A stretch of 64,000 nucleotides of DNA from a phage. The notes beneath the pieces were generated by a model. The model was not told where the DNA came from and ran no database searches. It worked only from the letters and a program-made list of their open reading frames with translations. The stretch is from assembly GCA_032691205.1 (NCBI GenBank), contig GCA_032691205.1_4541.1; one strand, given 5' to 3'. The translations under genes and the position numbers were made by a program. How positions within the stretch are numbered: the first letter of the stretch is position 1; each line of letters begins with the position of its first letter. Shown here in pieces: positions 63,765 through 64,000 of this stretch.

Positions 63765-64000
63765 TTACACTCCATACTCGTAAGAAATGTTATCAAGGTC
63801 AAAAGAAGGGACAACATTATAAGCAGGAACTATATTATTCTCTGTATATTTACTGTCATCCTCAGTATTAAGTTTAACATAAACACGAAGAGAAGTCAAG
63901 CGTCCAAAAGCAAGTGCTGCATAAATAACACCTTTGATTTGATCGTTCGTTACTGAAGAACCTAACTCAAAGTAAGCTTGCAGGTTTTGTAAAGCTTCTA
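63765..64000 (-). CDS. hypothetical protein (3' end only; gene continues beyond the window)
   Basis: Minus-strand frame open from stop at 63765-63767 to the window edge, checked codon by codon. Confidence 0.45.
   Translation of the reverse strand, partial: EALQNLQAYFELGSSVTNDQIKGVIYAALAFGRLTSLRVYVKLNTEDDSKYTENNIVPAYNVVPSFDLDNISYEYGV

Overview
This window reads as part of a virulent tailed-phage genome (Caudoviricetes, roughly 40% GC, host probably a Gram-negative bacterium). No similarity search was possible, so every functional call rests on motifs read directly from the translations. The layout is: (1) 1-7100, a leftward array of about 23 small early genes, most preceded by a repeated unit of sigma70-like promoter plus a 5'-UTR hairpin whose stem co-varies; (2) 7115-7920, an ORF-free control region with a rightward promoter, Fur-box-like palindromes, two ~58-bp direct repeats and a bidirectional terminator; (3) 7922-14674, a leftward operon including a NADAR-domain protein, a Cys-rich repeat protein with a T5orf172-like tail and a P-loop ATPase; (4) 14731-53285, a long rightward block with a UvrD-like helicase split by an intein, NrdD split by a group I intron carrying an HNH gene, NrdG, a T7-gp4-like primase-helicase, an adenine methyltransferase, a family A DNA polymerase split by a LAGLIDADG intein, an SSB and a minimal nucleotidyltransferase; (5) 53313-64000, leftward tail-fibre genes. 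The most striking content is a phage-borne Ter-like gene set inside block 4 (HAD-like, phosphoribosyltransferase, macro domain, TerC, SprT-like, TelA-like, vWA, TerD) with a duplicated two-gene cassette, next to a four-gene glycosyltransferase block. No tRNA, rRNA or CRISPR array was found.
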